From the NCBI GenBank assembly GCA_944346885.1, contig CALVMR010000022.1, positions 5,924 to 69,923 of the forward strand: 64,000 bases of DNA. Reading direction: 5' to 3'. The notes under the pieces were generated by a model, which was not told where the DNA came from, ran no database searches, and saw only the letters and a list, made by a program, of their open reading frames with translations. Positions 35,041 to 47,493 of this stretch are shown in pieces. Source of the stretch: an uncultured Clostridia bacterium (GTDB lineage Bacteria; Bacillota; Clostridia; Christensenellales; Borkfalkiaceae). The position numbers and the translations under genes were made by a program. The first letter of the stretch is position 1; each line of letters begins with the position of its first letter.

Positions 35041-36108
35041 TCACTGTTTCCCTTTCCGCCCCAGCGGGATGTGCGCGCAGGCGTTGAGGGTGAGCGGCGC
35101 AAAGTTTTTCGCGCGGTACTGCACCAGTCCTTCGGCGGCGATCATCGCCGCGTTGTCGGTGCAGTATTTTTTTTCGGGCAGGACGAGCCGCAGCCCCGCC
35201 CGCGCGCACTCCTTGGCAAGCAATTCGCGCAAATACCCGTTGGCGATGACCCCGCCGCCCGCGGCAACCGTACGGCAGCCCTTTGCCTTTGCAGCGGCAA
35301 CGGCGCGTTCGGCAAGCACGCTGCACGCCGCGTGCTGAAAGGAGCTTGCAACATCCGCGCGGCTGTACGCTTCGCCGCGCTGCTCCTTGTTGTGGCAATA
35401 GTTCAAAACCGCCGTTTTTAGGCCGCTGTACGAAAAATCGTACCCGCCGCCCGCAAACATTTTGGGGAGCGGGATATTCGGCTCTCCCTCGCGCGCGAGC
35501 CGCTCCACCGAGGGTCCGCCGGGGTACGGAAGCCCCAAAATGCGCGCCGCCTTGTCAAATGCTTCGCCCGCGGCGTCGTCACGGGTGGAGCCCATGATCT
35601 CAAAATCGGTGTAACTTTTTGTGTACAAAACGGCGGTGTGCCCGCCGCTGGCAAGCAGGGTGACGAAGGGCGGTTCGAGCGCGGGGTCGGCAAGGTATGC
35701 CGCCGCCATGTGCCCGCGGATGTGATCGACGGCGATGAGCGGCAAACCGAGCGAATAAGCGTACGCCTTGGCAAAAGAGAGCCCGACCAAAAGCGCGCCC
35801 AACAGCCCCGCGCCGTAGGTGACGGCAACGGCGGAGAGCTGCTCTCCCCGTACGCCCGCCTCCGCCAAAGCCTCGCGCACGACCCGTTCCACCGCATCGG
35901 TGTGCGCGCGCGAAGCGACTTCGGGCACCACCCCGCCGTACTTTGCCTGTTCGGCGGCGGAGGAGATGACCGCGTTCGACAAAAGCCGCCGCCCGCAAAC
36001 GACGGCGGCGCACGTTTCGTCGCACGAGCTTTCAATGCCCAAAATGAGCGGCGTTTGCCTGTACCCGCGCTCCTGCACGCGCGCGGGATAGGGGCGGTAC
36101 TGTGCCAT
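35041..36108 (-). CDS. tsaD: tRNA N6-adenosine threonylcarbamoyltransferase
   Basis: ILGIESSCDETCAAVV, GVVPEVASRAH, GGHT. The start at ATG 36108 leaves an N-terminal extension of about 20 aa, so a nearer non-ATG start is possible. Confidence 0.85.
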   Translation of the reverse strand: MAQYRPYPARVQERGYRQTPLILGIESSCDETCAAVVCGRRLLSNAVISSAAEQAKYGGVVPEVASRAHTDAVERVVREALAEAGVRGEQLSAVAVTYGAGLLGALLVGLSFAKAYAYSLGLPLIAVDHIRGHMAAAYLADPALEPPFVTLLASGGHTAVLYTKSYTDFEIMGSTRDDAAGEAFDKAARILGLPYPGGPSVERLAREGEPNIPLPKMFAGGGYDFSYSGLKTAVLNYCHNKEQRGEAYSRADVASSFQHAACSVLAERAVAAAKAKGCRTVAAGGGVIANGYLRELLAKECARAGLRLVLPEKKYCTDNAAMIAAEGLVQYRAKNFAPLTLNACAHIPLGRKGKQ

Positions 36109-36234
36109 GGCTCCCTTCCTCTGCGGCGGGGCGCATATGCGCCCCGCCGCACCTGTGCGAACTTTTTGCGCGCGCGGCGGCGTTTTTGGCTTAGCTGCGC
36201 GCGCAGACATATGTTTCAAACAAAAAACGAGGGG

Positions 36235-36900
36235 CTACCCCTCATTTTTCGGCAAATTTCCCTGCTTTTGCAGCGTTTTGAACGCGGCGGGGATGCGGTC
36301 GTACACTTCCAGCCGCTCCTTTCCGACCAATTCGTCCAGCACGCGCCGATACATGCCGTACACCCGTTCGGAGACGTATACCTTCCCCGCAAAGGAAGAC
36401 TGCATGAGATCACCCAAAAAATCGAGATCGAGCAATGCGTCGAAGAGCACCTGCCCCTTGTGCACGATCTTCGCCTGCGTGCGCGTTTCGCACAGGTCCA
36501 GCTCCTCCGCACACACCTGCCGCAGCAGCAGCACGGCGGGCAGCGACACCGCGCCCTCCGCGTAATTGCGGTCGGACAGCGCGGGCACATATCCCTTCAT
36601 CCCGCGGTATTCGTCGTGCACGCACAGGAGCGCCGCCTGCGCCGCCGAAACGGGCGCCTTGCGCGGAATGCCCTTGCTCGTATAGTACAGCGTATCCCCC
36701 TCTACCCCGTAGCGGGAATAGATGACGAACTGCGGCAGCACGGCGATGAGCGCGCCGACGGCGGCGAGCACCCCGCACCACACGGCGCCGCCCGCCAAAT
36801 AGAAATACGCCAAAACGCCCAACGCGGCAACAACCAGCCCGATGGTGATGTACCGCGCCGATTCGACGCGGCGGCGGGTAAAGCGGTAATATTTTTTCAT
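36235..36900 (-). CDS. Hypothetical membrane protein (two N-terminal TM helices)
   Basis: Start set at ATG 36900 (MKKYYRFTRRRVESARYITIGLVVAALGVLAYF...), 2 nt after the prfB stop. No recognised motif. Confidence 0.5.
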   Translation of the reverse strand: MKKYYRFTRRRVESARYITIGLVVAALGVLAYFYLAGGAVWCGVLAAVGALIAVLPQFVIYSRYGVEGDTLYYTSKGIPRKAPVSAAQAALLCVHDEYRGMKGYVPALSDRNYAEGAVSLPAVLLLRQVCAEELDLCETRTQAKIVHKGQVLFDALLDLDFLGDLMQSSFAGKVYVSERVYGMYRRVLDELVGKERLEVYDRIPAAFKTLQKQGNLPKNEG

Positions 36901-36902
36901 GC

Positions 36903-38000
36903 TCAGCTCTTTTTGAGGTAATCGATGATAAAGGGTTGCAGATCGCCGTCCATCACCGCCTGGATGTTGCCCGTTTCGCAGCGCGTGCGGTGGTCCTTTA
37001 CGAGGGTGTATGGGCAAAAGACGTAGGAACGGATCTGGCTGCCCCATTCGATCTTTTTGATCTCGCCCTTTAAGTTCTGCTCGTTGGCGAGCCGCTCGCT
37101 CTCGCGCAGTTCGATGAGTTTGGAGCGGAGCATCTTCATCGCCATTTCACGGTTTTGCATCTGCGAACGCTCGTTTTGGCAGGAGACGACGATGCCCGTG
37201 GGCAAATGCTGGATGCGGATGGCAGACTCCGTTTTGTTGATGTGCTGCCCGCCCGCGCCCGAAGAGCGGTACGTGGTCACTTTCAGATCCTCCGCGCGGA
37301 TCTCCACGTCGCCCTCGTCCTCGATCTCCGGCATCACTTCCAGCGAGGCAAAGGAGGTGTGGCGGCGCTTGTTCGCATCAAAAGGGGAAATGCGCACCAA
37401 ACGGTGCACCCCCTTTTCCGCTTTCAGGTAGCCGTACGCGTTTTCGCCCTCGATCTTGAAATCCACGCTTTTGATGCCCGCCTCGTCGCCGTCCAAACGG
37501 TCCAGCTCGGTAACGCGGAAGTTGTTGCGCTCGGCATAGCGGGTGTACATGCGGTACAGCATGGAGACCCAATCGCAGCTTTCGGTGCCGCCCGCGCCCG
37601 AATGCAGCGTAAGCAGCGCGTTGTTCGCATCGTACTTGCCGCGCAGCAGCGAGCGGATGCGCATATCTTCCAGATCCGCTTCCGCCGTGGCGAACATTTG
37701 GTCCAATTCGGGGATGAGTTCCTCTTCGCCCGTCTCTTCGATGAGGTCGATGACCTCGTTCACCTCTTCCAGCGCCTTTTTGCCCTTGTCATAGGCGCCG
37801 ATCTTGCCCTCAACGACGGCGATCTCCCGCCCCAGCTTGGCGGAACGCTCGATATCCTGCCACACTTCCGGCTTTTCCTGCTCCGCTTTGAGCTCGGCAA
37901 GTTTGCCGCGCAAAACGCAGATATCCAGCGCCTCTTTTGTCTCTTCCAGCGTATCGGCGAGCGCCTTCGCCTTCAAACGGTAGTCGTCTGCTCGGAACAT
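36903..38000 (-). CDS. prfB: Peptide chain release factor 2 (uninterrupted, no programmed frameshift)
   Basis: SPF tripeptide (RISPFD), GGQ motif (SSGAGGQHINKTESA), and 365 aa in one frame. Confidence 0.92.
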   Translation of the reverse strand: MFRADDYRLKAKALADTLEETKEALDICVLRGKLAELKAEQEKPEVWQDIERSAKLGREIAVVEGKIGAYDKGKKALEEVNEVIDLIEETGEEELIPELDQMFATAEADLEDMRIRSLLRGKYDANNALLTLHSGAGGTESCDWVSMLYRMYTRYAERNNFRVTELDRLDGDEAGIKSVDFKIEGENAYGYLKAEKGVHRLVRISPFDANKRRHTSFASLEVMPEIEDEGDVEIRAEDLKVTTYRSSGAGGQHINKTESAIRIQHLPTGIVVSCQNERSQMQNREMAMKMLRSKLIELRESERLANEQNLKGEIKKIEWGSQIRSYVFCPYTLVKDHRTRCETGNIQAVMDGDLQPFIIDYLKKS

Positions 38001-38009
38001 ATCCTATCC

Positions 38010-40892
<2,883 letters not shown>

Positions 40893-41079
40893 GCGGGCAC
40901 CTCCCTTCGGCGGGAACGAGCGCCCGCCCTGCGGACACGCGCCCCGAAACGGCGCATTCCGCCACTGTGATCGTAAACAGATTCATTTTACTATATTTGC
41001 GCCGAAATGTAAAAGAAAAACTTCCCGTTTCGGAAAAAAAGTTCGTTCCCGCAAACGTTTCCCCAAAAAAACAGCGTTT

Positions 41080-41823
41080 TCACCCCTCGCTTTCTCCGCG
41101 CGGGCGAGCGTCCGGCACGCTTGCCGCCGTCAGCAGGCAGACCTTGCGCGCACCCGCGCGCAGCAATGCCAGCGCGGCGGCGTCTGCCGTGGCGCCCGTC
41201 GTCATCACGTCGTCTACGATCAAAATGTTTTTTCCGCGGCATTTGGTGCGCTCGTGCACGCGGAAGCTGCCGCGCAGGTTTTCCGCGCGCTCTCTGCGCG
41301 AAAGTTCCTTTTGCGCCGCGGTATCCCGCGTTTTTACGAGCACGCCCGCCTCCGCGGGGATGCCCGCCCGCGCGGAGAGCGCTTCGGCGAGCAGCTGGCT
41401 TTGGTTGTACCCTCTGCGCCGCCGCGCACGCGCCGTCATCGGAACGGGCAGCAGAAAATCCGTATCCGCAAACGCCTCGGCGAGGAGCGGCAGCATCGAA
41501 TCGGCAAAAAACGCGGCGAGATACCGCGCGCCCGTTTTAAAACGTTTGACGAGCCGCACGATCTCCCCTTCGTAGCGGAACGCGCTGCGCGCTTTGTGGT
41601 ACGAGGGCATCGCCGCCTTGCACTCCAAGCACACGGGCGCCTGTTCGCGCATCGCCCTGCCGCACTTGGAACACAGGTACCCGCCGTTTACGGGAAGGCA
41701 CGCGCGACAGCGCGGGCACACGTACGAATCTTCGTACAATTCTTCCCCGCAGCAGACGCAGGTAAACTTTTCCGGAAACAAAAACCGTTTCAGCCGCCGC
41801 AGCAGCCCCGCCGTCCGCGCCAT
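41080..41823 (-). CDS. comFC: ComF-family protein (phosphoribosyltransferase-like, N-terminal zinc ribbon)
   Basis: Start set at ATG 41823 with AGGAGG. Motifs: CVCCGEEL...CPRC...CSKCG and the PRTase motif ILIVDDVMTTGAT. Confidence 0.78.
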   Translation of the reverse strand: MARTAGLLRRLKRFLFPEKFTCVCCGEELYEDSYVCPRCRACLPVNGGYLCSKCGRAMREQAPVCLECKAAMPSYHKARSAFRYEGEIVRLVKRFKTGARYLAAFFADSMLPLLAEAFADTDFLLPVPMTARARRRRGYNQSQLLAEALSARAGIPAEAGVLVKTRDTAAQKELSRRERAENLRGSFRVHERTKCRGKNILIVDDVMTTGATADAAALALLRAGARKVCLLTAASVPDARPRGESEG

Positions 41824-41948
41824 CTTTCCCCTCCTTGCAAAGCGCCTCCCTGCGGCACGGAACGCTCCTCTTTTCCGCGCGCGGGCGCTCTCCGCCCTTT
41901 TTATGAAAGCGCGGAGCGGGGCAAGACCGCCCCGCTCCGAAAACCCGT

Positions 41949-43112
41949 TTACAGATACTTTTTGAGAACTTCCGCCGCGTCGGTGCGCTCCCAAGGAAAT
42001 TCTTCCCGCCCGAAGTGCCCGTATGCCGCCGTCGCCTTGAAAACAGGGCGGCGCAGCCCCAGCTTTTCGATGATCGCCTGCGGACGCAGATCGAAATTCT
42101 CGCGGATGATCTGCACCAGCTTTTCCTCCGATACCCTGCCCGTTCCGTAGGTATTGACGTAGACGGAGACGGGGTTAGCCACGCCGATGGCGTAAGCGAG
42201 CTCGATCTCGCACTCGTCGGCGAGATGTGCCGCCACGATGTTTTTGCAGATATAGCGCGCCATATACGCGGCGCTGCGGTCCACTTTGGTCGCGTCCTTG
42301 CCCGAAAACGCGCCGCCGCCGTGCGCGCACCGCCCGCCGTAGGTATCGACGATGATCTTCCTGCCCGTCAGCCCGCTGTCTCCTGCGGGGCCGCCGATCT
42401 CGAACCTGCCCGTGGGGTTGATATAATACTTTGTGTCGCCGTCCAGCCACTGTTTGCCGACGACGGGCAGGATAACGTGCGCCTTGATATCGGCGCGCAG
42501 CCGCTCCTGCGTGACCTTTTCGTCGTGCTGCGCGGAGACAACGACGGTATCCACGCGCACGGGCCTTCCGCCGTCGTATTCGACGGTGACCTGCGTCTTC
42601 CCGTCCGGGCGAAGATAGGGCAGCGTGCCGTTTTTGCGCACTTCGGCGAGGCGTTTGGCAAGTTTTTGCGCGAGCATGTACGGCAGCGGCATGAGTTCGG
42701 GCGTTTCGTTGACGGCGTAGCCGAACATCATGCCCTGATCCCCCGCGCCGATCTGGTCGTACGCGTCTCCGCCCTCTTTGCGTTCGACGGAGGCATCCAC
42801 CCCCATGGCGATATCCGCGCTCTGCGCGTGGATGGCGGTGATGACGGCGAGCGAATTGGCGGAAAAGCCCTGCCCCGCGGTATAACCGATCTCCTTTACC
42901 GTATCTTTGACGATGCGCGGGATATCGACGTAGCAATTTGTGGAGAGCTCGCCCATCACCAGCACCATGCCCGTGGTGGCGCAGCACTCGATCGCGGCGC
43001 GCGCCATGCCGTCTTGCGCGAGCACCGCATCCAACACCGCATCCGAGATCTGGTCGCACACCTTATCGGGGTGCCCTTCCGTTACGCTTTCGCTGGTAAA
43101 AAACTTCTTCAT
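41949..43112 (-). CDS. metK: S-adenosylmethionine synthase
   Basis: [45 protein letters not shown]. The start at 43112 is preceded by GGTGAGG. Confidence 0.95.
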   Translation of the reverse strand: MKKFFTSESVTEGHPDKVCDQISDAVLDAVLAQDGMARAAIECCATTGMVLVMGELSTNCYVDIPRIVKDTVKEIGYTAGQGFSANSLAVITAIHAQSADIAMGVDASVERKEGGDAYDQIGAGDQGMMFGYAVNETPELMPLPYMLAQKLAKRLAEVRKNGTLPYLRPDGKTQVTVEYDGGRPVRVDTVVVSAQHDEKVTQERLRADIKAHVILPVVGKQWLDGDTKYYINPTGRFEIGGPAGDSGLTGRKIIVDTYGGRCAHGGGAFSGKDATKVDRSAAYMARYICKNIVAAHLADECEIELAYAIGVANPVSVYVNTYGTGRVSEEKLVQIIRENFDLRPQAIIEKLGLRRPVFKATAAYGHFGREEFPWERTDAAEVLKKYL

Positions 43113-43147
43113 TTGCCTCACCGCTCTTTCTTGCTTTTTGCCGCTCT

Positions 43148-43176
43148 ATTATATCGCATTGCGGAAAGGTTGTCAA
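43148..43176 (-). promoter_or_regulatory. metK promoter
   Basis: In minus sense, TTGACA-17 nt-TATAAT. It leaves a 5' UTR of only about 35 nt. Confidence 0.65.
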
Positions 43177-43198
43177 TGTTTTTAAAATGTGCTACAAT
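43169..43198 (+). promoter_or_regulatory. Promoter of the radical SAM gene, with its -35 overlapping the metK -35
   Basis: TTGTCA-17 nt-TACAAT with TGc extended -10. The -10 ends 7 nt before ATG 43206. Confidence 0.55.
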
Positions 43199-43205
43199 TT
43201 GAAGC

Positions 43206-44081
43206 ATGAGCAAAGGCTGTCGCCTCTGCCCCCTTGCCTGCGGGGCGGAGCGAACAAAAGAACGGGGCGCGTGCGGCGCAAAGGACAAGGTGCTGCTTGT
43301 AAAATACGGGCTGCACCCCTACGAAGAGCCGTGCATCTCGTACAAAAACGGATCGGGCACCGTCTTCTTCGGCGGGTGCGCGCTGCGCTGCGTCTTCTGC
43401 CAAAACTACGCGCTCTCGCGCGCGCAGACGGGCACGGAGATCGACGCGAAGCGGCTTGCCGCCGTCTTTGCCGAGCTGGAAGAACGCGGAGCGGAAAACA
43501 TCAATCTCGTGACCCCTTCGCACTTTGCGGCGCAGCTTTTGGAGACCTTTCGCCTGTACCGCCCGAAGATCCCCGTCGTATACAACACGCACGGCTACGA
43601 AACCGAAGCGGTGCTGCGCGCATTGGATAAATACATCGACGTATGGCTGCCCGACCTGAAATTTTTCTCCCCCGCGCTCTCCGCGCGCTATACGGGCAGG
43701 GAAAATTACTTTGCCGTGGCGTCTCGCGCGGTCTCCTTTATGGCGCGGCGCGCGCCCGACGTGCGCGAAGGCAAGATGTTTTCCGGCTGCATCGTGCGGC
43801 ACCTGATCCTGCCGCTGTGCACGGACGACAGCCTGCGTATCATCGGTTGGTTTGCCGCCCTGCGCTCGCCCGCATATTTTTCGCTGATGGCGCAGTACAC
43901 GCCCTGCGGCGAAGCGGCGGCGTACCCCGAACTGACCCGCCGCATCACGCCGCGCGAATACAAACGGGTGCGCGGCTTCCTCGAACAGAGCGGCGTCCGA
44001 AACGCCTTTGTGCAGAGCCTCTCCGCCGCGGACGAGGCGTTCATCCCCGATTTTTCGCGGAAAAACGCCTCCCTCTTTTAA
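43206..44081 (+). CDS. Radical SAM protein, PflX/pyruvate formate-lyase-activase-like
   Basis: N-terminal CRLCPLACGAER, the radical SAM triad CALRCVFCQNY (C-x3-C-x2-C), and ENINLVTPSHF. Confidence 0.78.
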   Translation: MSKGCRLCPLACGAERTKERGACGAKDKVLLVKYGLHPYEEPCISYKNGSGTVFFGGCALRCVFCQNYALSRAQTGTEIDAKRLAAVFAELEERGAENINLVTPSHFAAQLLETFRLYRPKIPVVYNTHGYETEAVLRALDKYIDVWLPDLKFFSPALSARYTGRENYFAVASRAVSFMARRAPDVREGKMFSGCIVRHLILPLCTDDSLRIIGWFAALRSPAYFSLMAQYTPCGEAAAYPELTRRITPREYKRVRGFLEQSGVRNAFVQSLSAADEAFIPDFSRKNASLF

Positions 44082-44256
44082 GCCCTGCCCGCGGCGGGCG
44101 GCAGGTGCATAAACCGCCGTTTCAGCCGCACCAGCTTGCGTACGAGCGGGGCGCAGGCGGAGGGCGGCGCGGCGGCGAGCTTTTTTTCAAGCGCGGCAAT
44201 GCGCGCTTTCAGATCCCCTTTCACGGCGATTAGTTTTTGCGGGAAATCGATAAAGT

Positions 44257-46143
44257 ATGCTCATTCAACTGGAAAACGTAACATTCGGATACGACGGGGA
44301 CCCCCTGTTCAAAGACGTGAACCTGACCCTCTCCGAAGGGGAGCGCGCGGGATTTATCGGCGCGAACGGCGAAGGGAAGACCACGCTTTTGCGCATTTTG
44401 GCGGGAACGCTTGCCCCGGACGCGGGCAAGGCGACCCGTAAGAGCGGGCTGCGGCTGGGCGTGTTTGAACAGACCGGCGGGTTGGAGAGCGGGCGCACCG
44501 TTTGGGAGGAGATGGAGAGCGTGTTTGCGGACGTATACGCCGCCATCGACGCCCTGCGCGAAACCGAACAGGCGCTCGCCCGCGCCGAGGGCGACGCCCT
44601 GCGCGCCCTTACCGAGCGGCACGAAAAGCTGGAAAAGCGCATCGCCGCGGCGGACGGGTACAACGTTGCCGTGCGCATCCGCACCGTTTTGAGCGGCATG
44701 GGCTTCGACGGCTGTGCCGACCGCATCGTCTCCTCCATGAGCGGCGGGGAAAAGACGCGGCTCAAACTGTGCCGCCTGCTTTTGGAAGAGCCCGAACTGC
44801 TGCTGTTGGACGAACCGACCAACCATTTGGACGAGCGGACGATGTTTTGGCTGGAAGACTACCTCAAACGGTACCGCGGGGCGGTGTTCGCCGTTTCGCA
44901 CGACCGCTGGTTCCTCGATTCGCTGATGGGAAAGATCTACGAACTGGAAAACAAAACGGTGCATTGCTACCGCGGCAACTACTCCAAATACAAAGCGTTG
45001 AAGGCGGAGCGCGTGCTTGCCTTGCAGCGCGCCTACGAAAAACAGCAGCGCGAGATCGCGCAGCTGAAAGACTATGTGGCGCGCAACATCGTGCGCGCCA
45101 CAACGGCGAGCAGCGCGCAGTCGCGGGTGAAAAAGCTGGAAAACATGGAGCTTGCGGAAAAACCGCTGCCGCCGCCCGCGCCGCCCGTGTTCCGCTTTGA
45201 AACGGACGCGGAGAGCGAAGAGCGCACCCTCGAAGTTTCGCACCTGCGCCTGTGCGCGGGAGAGCGAGAGCTGTTCGATGACGTGAACTTTACCCTCCGC
45301 CGCGGCGAAAAAGCGGCGCTGCTCGGCGAAAACGGAGCGGGGAAATCCACCCTCGCCCGCACGCTGGCGGACGGGCGCAGCCCCGCCGTACGCTGGGGAA
45401 GGTATGCCAAGATCGGCTATTACGACCAAGAAAACGCCGCGCTCGCGGGCGAAGAGACGGTGCTCGGCGCCCTCTGGGGCAAGCACCGCGGCATGAGCCA
45501 GACGCAGGCGCGGGCGCTTTTGGCGCGCGCGCAGCTCAAAGAGGAGGATATCGGCAAAACGGTGGCGCAGCTTTCGGGCGGAGAACGGGCGAAGCTCGCG
45601 CTCGTGCTGCTGGAAGCGGAGCGGGCGAACGTGCTCGTTTTAGACGAACCGACCAACCATTTGGACCTGCAAGCGCGCGAAGCGCTGGAAGAGGCGCTCA
45701 AAGCGTATACGGGCACGCTGCTGTTTGTTTCGCACGACCGCTGGTTCACCGCCGCCTTGGCGGGAAAGATCTTGGAGGCGGCGCAGGGGAACATCGTATG
45801 CTATCCCTGCGGGTACGCCGAATACGCCGAACAAAAAAACCGCGCCGCGCGGGAAGCGGCGGCGGAAAAAACGGCGGCAAAGGCGCAAGAGCGCGCAAAG
45901 CTGGGGCAGGCGGCACACCGCAGCCGCGCCGACCGCGCCGAAGAGGCGAGGCGCAAACAGAAGCTGAAAGAGACCGAAGCGCGCATCGGCGCCCTCGAAG
46001 CGGAGGAGGCGGCGCTCAACGCCTCCCTCGCCGACCCCGCCGTTACCGCCGATTACCGGCGCGTAAACGAGATCTGCGCCCGCCTCGAAGCGCTGCGCGC
46101 CGAGCTGGACGAACGCTACCGCGAATACGAAACGCTTCTGTAA
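44257..46143 (+). CDS. ABC-F family ATPase (translation-associated, two ABC domains, no TM)
   Basis: The two Walker A motifs are GANGEGKTT and GENGAGKST. The two signatures are MSGGEKTR and LSGGERAK. There is a linker and a C-terminal coiled coil. Confidence 0.85.
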   Translation: MLIQLENVTFGYDGDPLFKDVNLTLSEGERAGFIGANGEGKTTLLRILAGTLAPDAGKATRKSGLRLGVFEQTGGLESGRTVWEEMESVFADVYAAIDALRETEQALARAEGDALRALTERHEKLEKRIAAADGYNVAVRIRTVLSGMGFDGCADRIVSSMSGGEKTRLKLCRLLLEEPELLLLDEPTNHLDERTMFWLEDYLKRYRGAVFAVSHDRWFLDSLMGKIYELENKTVHCYRGNYSKYKALKAERVLALQRAYEKQQREIAQLKDYVARNIVRATTASSAQSRVKKLENMELAEKPLPPPAPPVFRFETDAESEERTLEVSHLRLCAGERELFDDVNFTLRRGEKAALLGENGAGKSTLARTLADGRSPAVRWGRYAKIGYYDQENAALAGEETVLGALWGKHRGMSQTQARALLARAQLKEEDIGKTVAQLSGGERAKLALVLLEAERANVLVLDEPTNHLDLQAREALEEALKAYTGTLLFVSHDRWFTAALAGKILEAAQGNIVCYPCGYAEYAEQKNRAAREAAAEKTAAKAQERAKLGQAAHRSRADRAEEARRKQKLKETEARIGALEAEEAALNASLADPAVTADYRRVNEICARLEALRAELDERYREYETLL

Positions 46144-46182
46144 ACGCCACGCGCAATGCAGAAAAAACCGATGCGGCAAAAT

Positions 46183-46224
46183 CAAGCGGGGGCTGCGCTT
46201 TGGCAAAAGCGCAGCCCCCGCTTG
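46183..46224. repeat. Perfect 19-bp stem hairpin in the convergent intergenic region
   Basis: CAAGCGGGGGCTGCGCTTT-ggca-AAAGCGCAGCCCCCGCTTG. Confidence 0.8.
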
Positions 46225-46321
46225 CCTGCCTTTGCGCGCCCGCGCGCGGGCGCGCTTTCGCCGCAAGCCCCCGCCGCACCGCCGCAAGCCCCCCGCACCG
46301 CTGCAAGCCCCGAACAAACGG

Positions 46322-46349
46322 AAAAACGCCGCGATTTGCGGCGTTTTTT
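46322..46349. terminator. Bidirectional terminator between the ABC-F gene and rseP
   Basis: AAAAACGCCGC-gattt-GCGGCGTTTTTT. The T-run overlaps the rseP stop codon. Confidence 0.75.
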
Positions 46350-47484
46350 AAAACAGATGCAGCAGATCCGCCAGCAGCGCGAACGCGAGCAGCAGCACGA
46401 ACCCGACGGCGTGGACGATCGCCTCGGCTTTGCGGTTCACGGGCTTGCCGCGGATCCACTCGATGAGCGTGAAGACCACCTTCGAACCGTCCAGCGCGGG
46501 GATGGGGAGCAAGTTGAACACGGCGAGGTTGACGCCGATATAGGCGGCGATCTCCAAAAACGGCTGCACCCCGCGGGAGGCGATCTGCGACGTGACGCGG
46601 ATGGTCGTGACCGGACCGCCGAGGGCGGAGAGCCCCAGATCGCCCGTAAGAAGCTGCCCCAGCACCTTAAAAATACTGCCCCCGATGCGGAACGAATAGG
46701 CGACGCCGCGCGCCGCCGTTTCAAAAAAACCGAAGCGGACGGGCACGGAGGCAACGGCGAAGCCGCCTCCCTCCTCCGCCGTATACGCGCGGACGCCGAG
46801 CGCCCTCCACAGCGCGGCGGTATCGGTAAGGCCGGAAAAGACGGCGTCCGTGCGCAGCATGACGGAAACGGTTTGCACGCTGCGCCCCTCCCCGCCCTTG
46901 CGCGAGAGAGTGAAGGATACAAGGTCGCCCTCCCGCCTGCCCGCAAGCGCCTCCATCAAGTCGGAAACGAGGTACAGCTGCCGCCCTTCGCAGGAAAGCA
47001 GGATATCCCCCTCTTGCAGCGTATAGCCCGCCAGCGGAATGCCGCTCTGCGTTGCGGCGGCGCCGTCCGTCTGCCGCACCGAAAGCAGCAGCTGCCCGAA
47101 CCCGAAAAAGGAGAGCAGCAGCAGGACCAGCGCCAAAAGGTAGTTCATGGCGGCGCCCGCAAGCAACACGACGATGCGCTGCCACGGCTTTTTCCGCGAA
47201 AAGGCGTCCGGATGAACGGTTTCCCGCTCCTCCCCTTCAAAGGCGCAGTACCCGCCCAGCGGAACGGCGCGGATACAGAAGAGTTCGCCGTTCTTTTTGC
47301 GCTTTTTGAAAAGCGCGGGGCCGAACCCGACCGAAAATTCGTTGATCTTAAAATGAAAGAGCCTGCCCGCGAGGTAGTGCCCGAATTCGTGCACGGTGAT
47401 CATCAAAAGCAGGATAAACACTGCCAAAAGCACCGCGCCGATGCCGCCGAGCACCGAAAAAGCCGCGAGCAGATCTCTTCCCAT
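46348..47484 (-). CDS. rseP: RIP metalloprotease RseP (site-2 protease, M50 family)
   Basis: HEFGHY zinc motif in TM1, a central PDZ-like region, and NLLPIPALDG. Confidence 0.88.
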   Translation of the reverse strand: MGRDLLAAFSVLGGIGAVLLAVFILLLMITVHEFGHYLAGRLFHFKINEFSVGFGPALFKKRKKNGELFCIRAVPLGGYCAFEGEERETVHPDAFSRKKPWQRIVVLLAGAAMNYLLALVLLLLSFFGFGQLLLSVRQTDGAAATQSGIPLAGYTLQEGDILLSCEGRQLYLVSDLMEALAGRREGDLVSFTLSRKGGEGRSVQTVSVMLRTDAVFSGLTDTAALWRALGVRAYTAEEGGGFAVASVPVRFGFFETAARGVAYSFRIGGSIFKVLGQLLTGDLGLSALGGPVTTIRVTSQIASRGVQPFLEIAAYIGVNLAVFNLLPIPALDGSKVVFTLIEWIRGKPVNRKAEAIVHAVGFVLLLAFALLADLLHLF

Positions 47485-47493
47485 ACCCCTCCT

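Noticed and set aside
37900-37960. Programmed +1 frameshift site expected in prfB
   Set aside because: The region corresponding to the usual CUU UGA C site reads ...LEETKEALDICVLRGK... in one continuous frame. The 365-aa ORF is complete, so this prfB is of the non-frameshifted type.
44082-44256. Leaderless start or regulatory leader for the ABC-F gene
   Set aside because: TAAAGT directly abuts ATG 44257, so it cannot serve as a -10 for a leaderless mRNA. I could identify no convincing promoter, attenuator hairpin or upstream leader peptide of the kind seen with resistance-type ABC-F genes.
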